A stretch of DNA of 64,000 nt from an uncultured Phycisphaeraceae bacterium (lineage in GTDB: Bacteria; Planctomycetota; Phycisphaerae; Phycisphaerales; UBA1924). Below are positions 1 through 8,267 of the stretch, piece by piece. The translations under genes were made by a program, and so were the position numbers. Each line of letters starts with the position of its first letter. Position 1 is the stretch's first letter. The stretch is from contig CAYPEI010000009.1 of NCBI GenBank assembly GCA_964409775.1, positions 20,853 through 84,852 of the forward strand, given 5' to 3'. The notes beneath the pieces were generated by a model, which was given only the letters and a program-made list of their open reading frames with translations, had not been told where the DNA came from and did no database searches.

Positions 1-1611
1 ATCAACGATCACCTCCTCGACGGCATGAAGACTGTCGGCGAGTTGTTCGGATCCGGGCGGATGCAACTGCCGTTCGTTCTCCAGAGCGCAGAGGTCATGA
101 AGATGGCCGTGGCGCACCTCGAGAAGCACATGGAGCGGGTCGAGGGTCAGACCAAGGGCAAGATCGTGCTGGCGACGGTCAAGGGAGATGTGCACGACAT
201 CGGCAAGAACCTTGTCGACATCATCCTCAGCAACAACGGCTACACGGTGGTGAATCTCGGCATCAAGCAGCCGATCGCCGACATCGTCAAGGCCTGGCGG
301 GAGCACAAGGCTGATGCCGTCGGCATGTCGGGGCTGCTCGTCAAGAGCGTCAATGTCATGGAGGAGAACCTGCACGAGTTGAACTCGCAGGGGATCGGTG
401 TGCCCGTGCTTCTCGGCGGCGCGGCCCTCACCCGGCACTACTGCGAGAGCCACCTCCGCGGCATCTACAAAGGCCCGGTGTTCTACGGAAAGGACGCGTT
501 CGAAGGGCTGAGCACGATGGACAGCATCGTCGGAGGTGCGATGGCGGCGCTCAACGCGCAGATCGATGCGAGACTCAGCAAGCGGAGCAGCGCCGAGGAT
601 GTCATCGCCCAGAGCAAGGCCAAGCGCGCAGCGACGCAGGAAGCGGCGCAAGGGAGCGGCGGGGTTGCGGTCCTGCAGACGGTGGCGTCGACCGGTGGCA
701 CAGCGTGTTGCTCGGTGCACGCCTCTCGCAGCAGTCGCGGCGGTGCGGGTGGGAGCGATGGGGGAGACGGGAGCGGAGGGCGATCGACGACCCCGATCCT
801 GGATGCAAAGGACATTCCAACTGCGCCGTTCCTCGGTTCGCGAGTGGTCACGGACATCGCGCTCGATCAGATCTACCCGTTTATCAATCCGGTCGCGCTC
901 TTCCGCGGCCAGTGGCAGATGAAAAAGGGGTCCATGAGCGACGCCGAGTACGATGCGCTCGTCGAGGACAAAGTGCTCCCGGTGTTCGAGCGGCTCAAGC
1001 GGCAGTGCCGCGATGAGAAGATTCTCCAGCCGGCGGTCGTGTATGGATACTTCCCGTGCAACTGCGACGGTGATGACCTGATTGTCTGGGATCCGGCCGC
1101 GCCGGGCTCGAAGGAACTCGAGCGGTTCACGTTCCCGCGGCAAGCAGACAGGCAACGGCTGTGCATCTCGGACTTCTTCGTTCCGATCGGGAACGGGCGG
1201 ACGGATGTCGTGGCGTTCCACTGCGTGACGATGGGCGCACGAGTCAGCGAAGCCGCGCGCGAACTCTTCGCCAAGAACGACTACACCGAGTACCTGTATC
1301 TGCATGGACTTGGCGTTGAGTCCGCCGAAGCGCTCGCGGAACTCTGGCACAAGCGCATCCGTCAGGAACTGGGCATCGCCGGCGAAGATTCGGCGCGAGT
1401 GAAAGACCTGTTCACACAGAAGTATCGGGGGTCGCGGTTCAGTTTCGGCTACCCCGCCTGCCCGGACATGTCGGACCAGGAGAAGTTGTTCAGGCTCATC
1501 CAACCGGAGCGAATCGGGTGCGTCCTGACGGAAAACTGGCAGATTGATCCCGAACAAAGCACAAGCGCCATCGTCGTGCATCACCCGGCTGCGAAGTACT
1601 TCAACGTGTAG
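1..1611 (+). CDS. metH: Methionine synthase (B12-dependent), C-terminal part; 5' end lies outside the window
   Basis: The frame is open from nt 1 (INDHLLDGMKTVGELFGSGRMQLPFVLQSAEVMK). It has the B12-binding motif GDVHDIGKN..SGLL..GGA, followed by an AdoMet/reactivation domain (RVSEAARELF, YLYLHGLGVESAEALAE, SFGYPACPD). Confidence 0.95.
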   Translation: MNDHLLDGMKTVGELFGSGRMQLPFVLQSAEVMKMAVAHLEKHMERVEGQTKGKIVLATVKGDVHDIGKNLVDIILSNNGYTVVNLGIKQPIADIVKAWREHKADAVGMSGLLVKSVNVMEENLHELNSQGIGVPVLLGGAALTRHYCESHLRGIYKGPVFYGKDAFEGLSTMDSIVGGAMAALNAQIDARLSKRSSAEDVIAQSKAKRAATQEAAQGSGGVAVLQTVASTGGTACCSVHASRSSRGGAGGSDGGDGSGGRSTTPILDAKDIPTAPFLGSRVVTDIALDQIYPFINPVALFRGQWQMKKGSMSDAEYDALVEDKVLPVFERLKRQCRDEKILQPAVVYGYFPCNCDGDDLIVWDPAAPGSKELERFTFPRQADRQRLCISDFFVPIGNGRTDVVAFHCVTMGARVSEAARELFAKNDYTEYLYLHGLGVESAEALAELWHKRIRQELGIAGEDSARVKDLFTQKYRGSRFSFGYPACPDMSDQEKLFRLIQPERIGCVLTENWQIDPEQSTSAIVVHHPAAKYFNV

Positions 1612-1813
1612 TTTGCGGTGGTGGGCTCGCGCTCCCAAATTCGCGCGAATTGCACGACAAAGTGCAAGTTGGTCTTGGCAGCGTCGCCGGTTTCGGGTAT
1701 TTTTTGCGGACTAGGCGGCCATGGTCGCGCGCCAGCAGGTTCGGACGCAGAGAACGCTCCGGACGGCGTGTGTGCAGAGTGTGCTGTCATTCGACATCGA
1801 AAGAGGAAATCCC

Positions 1814-3268
1814 ATGAGGCTGAACAGGTGCATCGTTACCGCCGCGGCGGCAATTGTCGGATCTCTCAGCAGCGTCCAAGCGGATGTGATCGACGACTGG
1901 AACGAGCAGTGGCTTGACACCATCCGTGTTGTCGGCGGGCCACCCTGCCCGCTTGCACGAAGTGGAGCCATGCTCTTCGCGGGCATCTACGACGCCGTGA
2001 ACTCAATCACCCCGACGCATGAGCCCTACATCGACTTCGTTTCGTCGCCCGGCGCGGCGAACAAGCGTGTCGCGATCTCGGCAGCGGCCCACAAGGTGCT
2101 GTCCACCCTCTATCCGGCGCGTGCGGCGATCTTTGACGCGCAGTACACCGCCGACCTCGCGAGCGTCCCCAACAACGCCAGGAAACTCAACGGGATCATC
2201 GTCGGAGAGGCCGCGGCGGATCAGATTCTGGCGGCGCGAGCCGGTGACCGGACAGACTCCGAGCCGGACTATGTCTATATCGACGTGCCCGGTTCGTACC
2301 GCCCGACGGCGCCCGATTTCACACAGCCTCCGTTCAATCCCGGCTGGGGGACTACCGTCCCGTGGACCATGGCGACCGGCAGCGAGTTCCGACCGACCGG
2401 GCCTCTCGGCTTCCGAAGGGTCGATCGGCTTCTGGCGTCAAGGGGCTATGCGAAGCAGATGAATGAAGTGAAGCGGTTCGGCAAGCGGAACAGCGCCGTC
2501 CGAACCGAGGAGCAGACAGAGATCGCCTGGTTCTGGGCGAACGATCGCAACGGCACCTTCAAGCCGCCGGGCCACCTCCTGCACATCACCCAAGTCGTCG
2601 CGAACGACCAGGGACTCGATCTTGACGCGAAGGCAAGGCTGTTCGCGCTCGTCGCGATCACGCTGGCCGATGCCGGTCTCGTGGCATGGGACATGAAGTA
2701 CGGCACCGACATCGATCTCTGGCGTCCCATCTCCGCGGTCCGCGAGGCGGATACCGACAATAACGCCCGCACCGTCGCAGACCCAGCTTGGGAACCGCTG
2801 CTCGAGTTCACCCCGCCGTTCCCGGCCTACACGTCCGGCCACGGAACGTTTGGAGCAGCACACGCCGCGATCATGCGGAACTTCTTCGGTACCGACAGCA
2901 TCACCTTCACGGTCGGGACCGATGAGCCGATCGTGAGCGACGTGACCCGCACGTTCCACTCGTTCACCGAAGCCGGGCGAGAGAACGGCCTGAGCCGTGT
3001 GTACCTGGGAGTGCACTTCCGCTTCGACGCGGACATCGCCTTCTCGTCAGGCACGTTGCTGGGCAACTACGTATACCAGCACCACCTTCGTCCGTTGGGC
3101 TGCCGCGGCGACTTCAACCGTGACGGCGTCATCAACGGCGCCGATGCCACCCGGTACGCGGAGGCGTTCTTCCGCGGCGACGCGGCGGCGGACATGAACT
3201 CCGACGGCGTCGTCAACTTCATCGACTTCAATCTCTATGTCAACTACTACTTCGCCGGCTGCGAGTAA
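1814..3268 (+). CDS. Vanadium haloperoxidase / PAP2-superfamily protein, secreted, with a C-terminal dockerin/EF-hand-like repeat pair
   Basis: ATG at 1814 follows GAGGAA. Signal peptide MRLNRCIVTAAAAIVGSLSSVQA. PAP2 motifs are present: K..(x)..WRP, YTSGHGTF, SRVYLGVHFRFD. The tail reads DFNRDGVINGADA...DMNSDGVVNFIDF. Confidence 0.8.
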   Translation: MRLNRCIVTAAAAIVGSLSSVQADVIDDWNEQWLDTIRVVGGPPCPLARSGAMLFAGIYDAVNSITPTHEPYIDFVSSPGAANKRVAISAAAHKVLSTLYPARAAIFDAQYTADLASVPNNARKLNGIIVGEAAADQILAARAGDRTDSEPDYVYIDVPGSYRPTAPDFTQPPFNPGWGTTVPWTMATGSEFRPTGPLGFRRVDRLLASRGYAKQMNEVKRFGKRNSAVRTEEQTEIAWFWANDRNGTFKPPGHLLHITQVVANDQGLDLDAKARLFALVAITLADAGLVAWDMKYGTDIDLWRPISAVREADTDNNARTVADPAWEPLLEFTPPFPAYTSGHGTFGAAHAAIMRNFFGTDSITFTVGTDEPIVSDVTRTFHSFTEAGRENGLSRVYLGVHFRFDADIAFSSGTLLGNYVYQHHLRPLGCRGDFNRDGVINGADATRYAEAFFRGDAAADMNSDGVVNFIDFNLYVNYYFAGCE

Positions 3269-3313
3269 CGCGCCAAGCGGTTGGTCCTGTGCCTAGCTGT
3301 GATTCACCTACAG

Positions 3314-3351
3314 TGTCCTCCCCGCACGATGTCGCGGGGAGGACATTTTTT
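3314..3351 (+). terminator. Rho-independent terminator downstream of the haloperoxidase-like gene
   Basis: Perfect 12-bp stem tgtcctccccgc / gcggggaggaca with an 8-nt loop, followed by tttttt. Confidence 0.75.
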
Positions 3352-3384
3352 CATCGAGAGACTCGATCTCGCAGGAGACGCCCG

Positions 3385-4476
3385 GTGAATCGAACCACCT
3401 TGTGCAGAGTACTTGCAGCCATCGTTGCGGCATGCACCGCTCCGCTTGCAGCCCAGACGGGAGTCAGCAACAACACTGCGCCGCCTGCGTCGGCACCCGC
3501 CGCGCCGGCAAGGCAGCCGATGGTGCTTGATCGGTCTCCCACCCGCATCCTGGCGGAGCGAATCGGAAGGCTGATCGCCGACGCGAGCCCGATCGCGGAC
3601 CCGGCAGACGCGGCGGCCCGAGATGCCGCGGGCGAGCAACTCGCCAAGTGCAGGGACCTGATCAACGCCGCGGATGGAAGGGTCCTCTGGGGAGGCTTCA
3701 ACCCCGACCAGGGCTATAACCCCGCGGCCTATCAACTTACACCGAAGAGCCCGCTGGAGTTCTTCCAGTTGACAGAACTCGATCCCGTGGTGTGGGCCAA
3801 ACTGTACCTCTCCACATTCATGTTCACAGGAAAGTTCGAGGTGCGGGAGGAGGAGGGGGTGACCGTTCTGGACATGGAGGCGAAGTTCCGCGGCGACCTC
3901 GCCCCCGGGGAGTATCCGTATCCGTTCTGGCACTCGCCGAACAAGTGGACGGCGTACATGAACGCGTCGAGGGTCTACCTGCTGTTTGATCGCGGCAGAC
4001 TCCTCGCGGGCCTTCGGAAGGCTCCGCCGCCCGAAAGCCTGAAACTGATCCGCAAGAAGTGGGACGCCAAGTGGAGTTGGGTTGACGAGAAGGGCCAGCC
4101 CCAACCGCGGGTTGCGCTGTTCGACTACCTGTTCTCAAAGGACAACCCGCACGTCGCGAGCCTGGAGAAGAGTTACCGCGAACTCGAAGAGAACTTTCGG
4201 AGCCAGAACTGCATGTCCTGTCACGCGCCGGACAATCAGAGCAAGATCAACGATCTGCTGCTTTTGAACTATCCGAACCAGTCATTGGTGATGCGGCGGA
4301 CGCTGGTCTCGGTTCTGGAAGAGAACTACATGCCGCCCGGCGACAAACTCGCCAAGTCACCCGAGGGAGTGCAGGACAAGCACGTGCTTGCCGATTTGCT
4401 GAGGCTTGCCAAAGAGTTCGAGAAGCATGCCGACGACGCGTTCGCCTACGAGAAGGCGCACTCCGGGAAGGACTGA
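3385..4476 (+). CDS. Exported protein with a C-terminal Planctomycete-cytochrome-c-like (PSCyt1-like) CxxCH domain; N-terminal domain unknown
   Basis: GTG at 3385 lies 7 nt after AGGAG and downstream of the 3314-3351 terminator, so the track's 3289 start would run through the terminator. Signal peptide VNRTTLCRVLAAIVAACTAPLAAQ. It contains NCMSCHAPDN...NYMPPG. It is a paralogue of the convergent gene at 4487-5641. Confidence 0.75.
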   Translation: MNRTTLCRVLAAIVAACTAPLAAQTGVSNNTAPPASAPAAPARQPMVLDRSPTRILAERIGRLIADASPIADPADAAARDAAGEQLAKCRDLINAADGRVLWGGFNPDQGYNPAAYQLTPKSPLEFFQLTELDPVVWAKLYLSTFMFTGKFEVREEEGVTVLDMEAKFRGDLAPGEYPYPFWHSPNKWTAYMNASRVYLLFDRGRLLAGLRKAPPPESLKLIRKKWDAKWSWVDEKGQPQPRVALFDYLFSKDNPHVASLEKSYRELEENFRSQNCMSCHAPDNQSKINDLLLLNYPNQSLVMRRTLVSVLEENYMPPGDKLAKSPEGVQDKHVLADLLRLAKEFEKHADDAFAYEKAHSGKD

Positions 4477-4486
4477 ATCTCGGCGG

Positions 4487-5641
4487 CTACGGGCTGATTC
4501 GAGGAGCAACCTCTCCCCGTCGAATCAAGCGGATCCACTCGTACTCGGTTGCGCCGTCGCCCTCTTCGAGGAAGCGAACTGCAGCGTTCGTGACTGCCTC
4601 GACATTCCGCAAATCACGCAACGAGGCGACACCGCACCGCGTGGTCGGGCTTGGGCCGTCAGATTCCCCGATCATGACGGCCGCCAACGAAGCCCGGGCG
4701 ACCAGTGCCTGATTCGGCAAGGCGAGCACAATCAGCGAACTTGCCCCGGCGGGATTGTCGGGGACGTGACATGCCAGGCAGTTCTGCGCCGTGAAGACCG
4801 GCAAAAGGTCGCGGTACGCGCGATTCAATCCTGTGACATGCGGATTGTCTTCGGAAAACAGCACCGCAAAGTCCGCGACTCGGGGCTTGATGTACGACCC
4901 CTCGTACCACCGCCAGTTGCCATCCCACTCCCGAGGTGCGGCGGTTGGAGTTCTCGCGGGGTCTTCGCGGCGGTAGGCGGCGAGCAATCGCTCATCGGTG
5001 AACACGAACTCAACAGCCGATGTCCGTGAGTAACTCGACCACTCATCTCCCGAGTGCCAGAGCGGGTGCGGGTAGTCGCCCGCCGGCAGCCCGCTTCGAA
5101 AACTCGCGGGGACTCTCAGCACGATCGAGTCGCCGATCTGATCCAGGGTGATCGGCCCCGAAAAGACAAAGCACGACAGATAGCACCCTGCCCAAACGAC
5201 CGGATCTAGGAGCAGACCGCGGCCGGCGGCCGGATCGATGGCGGCCCCCGGCGACAATCCACCCCAGACAATCATGTCTTCAGCGGCATCGCTGAGCACC
5301 CCGAGATGGGACAGTACCGAGGCCGCCGTATCGCGCGCCTTGGCATCGTCCGGAGGTGCTTGGGGCGTGCACCAGATAATCTCGTCCCCAATTCTCTCGA
5401 TGGTCGCGTTGCGAATTTGCTTGCGCGGTGACTGAACCGGAAGTCGGGCCTCAATCGCCGGACTGATTGACGGGATGTCGGCGGAGGCCGCGGCACCGGG
5501 AGTAGATCCCGCGGGCGGCTTCGTCGAACCCGGAGCAGGCTGCTTGCCGCAGGATGCTGTCCAAAGCAGGCTCGCCATCGTCGCAACGACCACGACAGAA
5601 TGATGCAGCCTGGACGTGGCATGACGCAGTTGGGAGGGCAT
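4487..5641 (-). CDS. Lipoprotein paralogue of 3385-4476 (single CxxCH, unknown N-terminal domain)
   Basis: The start is taken at MPSQLRH... (ATG 5641) with lipobox LLWTASC. The longer track ORF (to 6460) would be antisense to a better-supported + strand gene. Blocks shared with the paralogue are DPVVWA, GDYPHPLWHS, LFSEDNPHV and QNCLACHVPDN. Confidence 0.7.
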   Translation of the reverse strand: MPSQLRHATSRLHHSVVVVATMASLLWTASCGKQPAPGSTKPPAGSTPGAAASADIPSISPAIEARLPVQSPRKQIRNATIERIGDEIIWCTPQAPPDDAKARDTAASVLSHLGVLSDAAEDMIVWGGLSPGAAIDPAAGRGLLLDPVVWAGCYLSCFVFSGPITLDQIGDSIVLRVPASFRSGLPAGDYPHPLWHSGDEWSSYSRTSAVEFVFTDERLLAAYRREDPARTPTAAPREWDGNWRWYEGSYIKPRVADFAVLFSEDNPHVTGLNRAYRDLLPVFTAQNCLACHVPDNPAGASSLIVLALPNQALVARASLAAVMIGESDGPSPTTRCGVASLRDLRNVEAVTNAAVRFLEEGDGATEYEWIRLIRRGEVAPRISP

Positions 5642-5755
5642 GGCGAGAGGATTCTTGGCATCCACAAGCAGCGGCGACGGTGCATTCGTCGCGGTACTAT
5701 CGCCCGCACGTCCCCAACCGTGCCAACCAGCCCACATCGCGGAGTTCGCCAAGGT

Positions 5756-6421
5756 ATGCGTCACTGGCTCAGATCGGCTGTTCTGTTTGTTACCGCCACG
5801 GCTTCCGGCTGTGGAATGACTATCTACGCCCCAGAAGACGTCCACGACCCGGTCAGCGTGTTCGTCGCCGACCACGGTGTTCACTCCAGTCTCCTGCTGC
5901 CCCGCGAAGACGGGACGATTGCCCAGTTCGCCTACTCGCAATGGCACTGGGCCGCGCTCGATCAGGACGACTGGTATCGATCGCCCTTCGCGCTCGTCAT
6001 ACCGAACACCGGCACCTTGGGCTGGAGGGACTTTGAAGGCCCCTGCGACTTTGACTGTGTCTGCGACCGCATGCACAAGTTGGGCAGACACCCCCCGATG
6101 GACGCCCTCTACGAGATCCGCGTGGAGCGGGCCGCCGCCGCGAAGGTTCTGGCCGAACTCGATCATCGCTGGCAGTCCCAGAGCAATGGGAACGTGTTCA
6201 ACGAGAAGCGGGGGATGACGTTCGTGAAGGATGCCACCACCTACTCGATCGCCCACACCTGCAACCAAGAGGTCGCGGCATGGCTTCGGGGAATGGGATG
6301 CAGGGTCGACGGGATGGCCAAGACCGCCGACATCCGGGTGGTTGGCGGGGTGCGAACAGGAAACGGTGGGCCGGAAAACCATGTTCTTGAAACCGCGGGC
6401 TCGGAACCGTCGGATTTCTGA
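5756..6421 (+). CDS. Lipoprotein, DUF2459-like (tentative)
   Basis: ATG at 5756. Lipobox MRHWLRSAVLFVTATASGC. The blocks HGVHSSLLLP and YSIAHTCNQEVAAWLRGMG resemble the DUF2459/TIGR02117 pattern as I remember it. Confidence 0.6.
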   Translation: MRHWLRSAVLFVTATASGCGMTIYAPEDVHDPVSVFVADHGVHSSLLLPREDGTIAQFAYSQWHWAALDQDDWYRSPFALVIPNTGTLGWRDFEGPCDFDCVCDRMHKLGRHPPMDALYEIRVERAAAAKVLAELDHRWQSQSNGNVFNEKRGMTFVKDATTYSIAHTCNQEVAAWLRGMGCRVDGMAKTADIRVVGGVRTGNGGPENHVLETAGSEPSDF

Positions 6422-6588
6422 TTGTGTGGTTAGCCACGGCAATGGGCCGATGGCTACCATGATTACGCTCCTTGGAGTGGCGGGCCGTCTGCCTCCCGGG
6501 GACGGGACCGACGCCGAGCTTTGCCCGAGTGTTTGACGAACGGTTCACAGGTTTCCAGGTTTTTCTCGGGCAAAGGTTCGAGTGACGA

Positions 6589-6975
6589 ATGAAGATCTAC
6601 GTCGGGAATCTGCCTTTCAGCGTGAATGACCAGGGGCTGCGTGAGGCGTTCGAGCCGCACGGCGAGGTCGCTTCCGCCCAAATTGTGATGGACCGAGAGA
6701 CCGGCCGCCCGCGCGGCTTTGGGTTTGTCGAGATGCCCAACGACGATGACGCCCGAAAGGCGATTGCCGCTCTGAACGGCCAGCAACTCGGTGGCCGCAC
6801 CCTCGTGGTGAACGAAGCCCGTCCGAAGGAGGCCGGTGGCGGTGGCGGCGGCCGCGGTGGTTGGGGTGGCGGCGGCGGTGGTGGTGGGGGCCGCGGCGGC
6901 TACGGCGGCGGTGGTGGCGGGGGCCGTGGCGGCTACGGCGGCGGCGGTGGTGGTGGCGGCGGCCGGAGTTGGTAA
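6589..6975 (+). CDS. RNA-binding protein: single RRM plus a Gly/Arg-rich (RGG) tail
   Basis: RNP-2 IYVGNL and RNP-1 RGFGFVEM. The C-terminal 45 aa are almost entirely G with RGG(W/Y)G repeats. Confidence 0.9.
   Translation: MKIYVGNLPFSVNDQGLREAFEPHGEVASAQIVMDRETGRPRGFGFVEMPNDDDARKAIAALNGQQLGGRTLVVNEARPKEAGGGGGGRGGWGGGGGGGGGRGGYGGGGGGGRGGYGGGGGGGGGRSW
6835..6966 (+). repeat. Low-complexity GGN/CGN codon tract encoding the Gly/Arg tail, containing two near-identical cgcggcggctacggcggcgg units
   Basis: Read directly from the sequence. It lies inside the RRM CDS. The alternate-frame and antisense ORFs here (6836-7132, 6861.., 6463-7215) are artefacts of this tract. Confidence 0.7.
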
Positions 6976-7009
6976 GGCCGTCCGCACCATCCAGTCAGTT
7001 CCTTCGAGG

Positions 7010-7040
7010 GCCCCGGCAACCACCGGGGCTCTCTTCTTTT
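7010..7040 (+). terminator. Rho-independent terminator after the RRM gene
   Basis: Stem gccccgg / ccggggc with a 6-nt loop, followed by the T-rich tract tctcttctttt. Confidence 0.6.
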
Positions 7041-7199
7041 CGGGGCCTCCGCTGCGGATACCGAGACGGGAGCATCCCGGGGCGAATTGGTTTCGTATGG
7101 AGTATGGGAGGCTCTGCCCGGGGCAGCGATGACCCGCGCAGGGGCGATATGCTCCCGCTGGCGGTCCTGTGGGGCTGCAGGGATGCAAGGAGTGTTTCG

Positions 7200-8039
7200 A
7201 TGCAGGCCAAGTCACTGAGCAAGCCGACGTCGCGAGCCTTCACGCTCGTGGAGATCCTCGTAGTGCTGGCGATCATCTCGATCCTGATCACCATCTCGGT
7301 GGTGGTCGCCGCACGCGTCACGCAAGGTGGCCGCGTGACGGCGACGCAGGACATCCTGCGAGTCCTGGACACAGCGCTGACGAGTTACATGGCGGATCGC
7401 GAGGCGAAGGTGCCCGCCGTCTACCGGGATGATGCCGGTGAGTACTTCCCGCTTTGGGACGGTCGAAAGGACGTGAACAACGAGGTCGACCGCGACGCGT
7501 ACCCCGCCGAGCCGAGCCTTGCGTTGTTCCTTCACATCGCTTCAGAGGTTCCCGCCGTCGACCAGACACTCAAGGGCATCGACAGCAGGTTCATCAAGCA
7601 ACTCCCCGATATCCGCGTTTTCACACCCCCGGGCCAGCCGTTGCGCAAGAACATCGGCGGCACGCTCACCGCCGTCAAGGGGTACACGATTCTCGACGCC
7701 TGGGGGCGGCCGATCCGGTTCGTCCACCCTGCGTGGGACGGCGGTGGAGGTCAGTACTGGGACGGCAACAGCCTTGTCGCACGTGACCCGGTCGCCTACG
7801 ACGTCAACGCCAACGGCAATGCCGGCGAGGCCAACGAACTGCTCCGGCGGTCGTATCGGCCCTTCAACCCCAACACCTCCACGGCAGCGAATCCCGTCGG
7901 CGATGCCGATGAGGGCATTTGCATCAACGGCCGGCCCTACTTCTACTCGGCCGGCAATGATGGCGACCCGGGCACGCGACAGGACAACGTGTACTCCGTG
8001 CGTCCCACGTTCCCGCCGGAAACGGAGAAGTTCCAGTAA
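7200..8039 (+). CDS. Prepilin-type N-terminal cleavage/methylation protein, GspG-like pseudopilin with a large insertion
   Basis: ATG at 7200 follows AAGGAG. The N-terminus RAFTLVEILVVLAIISILI is the classic type IV prepilin/pseudopilin motif. Later DAWGRPIRFVHP ... YSAGNDGDPGT resembles GspG. Confidence 0.8.
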   Translation: MQAKSLSKPTSRAFTLVEILVVLAIISILITISVVVAARVTQGGRVTATQDILRVLDTALTSYMADREAKVPAVYRDDAGEYFPLWDGRKDVNNEVDRDAYPAEPSLALFLHIASEVPAVDQTLKGIDSRFIKQLPDIRVFTPPGQPLRKNIGGTLTAVKGYTILDAWGRPIRFVHPAWDGGGGQYWDGNSLVARDPVAYDVNANGNAGEANELLRRSYRPFNPNTSTAANPVGDADEGICINGRPYFYSAGNDGDPGTRQDNVYSVRPTFPPETEKFQ

Positions 8040-8184
8040 TTGCCCGCACGGTGGCACCGCGGCATCCCGCCGAGGTTGTCTGCCGGTAGGCCTGATGGCC
8101 GACTGCAGGCTCATCAGGCATTCGGGCTCGACTGTCGCCGCGGTTGGGGTATAGTTCCGTCGCCTTGAGAGTCAGGAGTTCATC

Positions 8185-8258
8185 CGGGGTGTAGCGCAGC
8201 TTGGTAGCGCGTTTGGTTCGGGACCAAAAGGTCGGAGGTTCAAATCCTCTCACCCCGA
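8185..8258 (+). tRNA. tRNA-Pro (anticodon CGG)
   Basis: Hand-folded 74-nt cloverleaf. Acceptor CGGGGTG/CACCCCG, D-stem GCGC/GCGC, anticodon stem TTTGG/CCAAA with loop TTCGGGA, T-arm GGAGG-TTCAAAT-CCTCT. No CCA is encoded. Confidence 0.95.
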
Positions 8259-8267
8259 TTGCCGCAG

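Noticed and set aside
5642-6460. The upstream 273 codons of the track ORF 4487-6460 (minus), treated as part of the CxxCH lipoprotein.
   Set aside because: That stretch is antisense to a + strand ORF with a clean lipobox and DUF2459-like blocks. The homology to the paralogue at 3385-4476 begins only after the internal Met/lipobox at 5641.
6835-6966. Periodic repeats that might suggest a CRISPR-like or satellite array.
   Set aside because: The periodicity is GGN codon repetition inside a well-supported CDS (the Gly/Arg tail of the RRM protein). There is no spacer/repeat organisation.
6861-7199. An N-terminal extension of the pseudopilin ORF (MGWRRRWWWGPRRL...).
   Set aside because: It is an alternate-frame read of the Gly-codon tract of the RRM gene and runs across that gene's terminator. 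The prepilin motif must lie near the N-terminus, which fits ATG 7200 with its AAGGAG.
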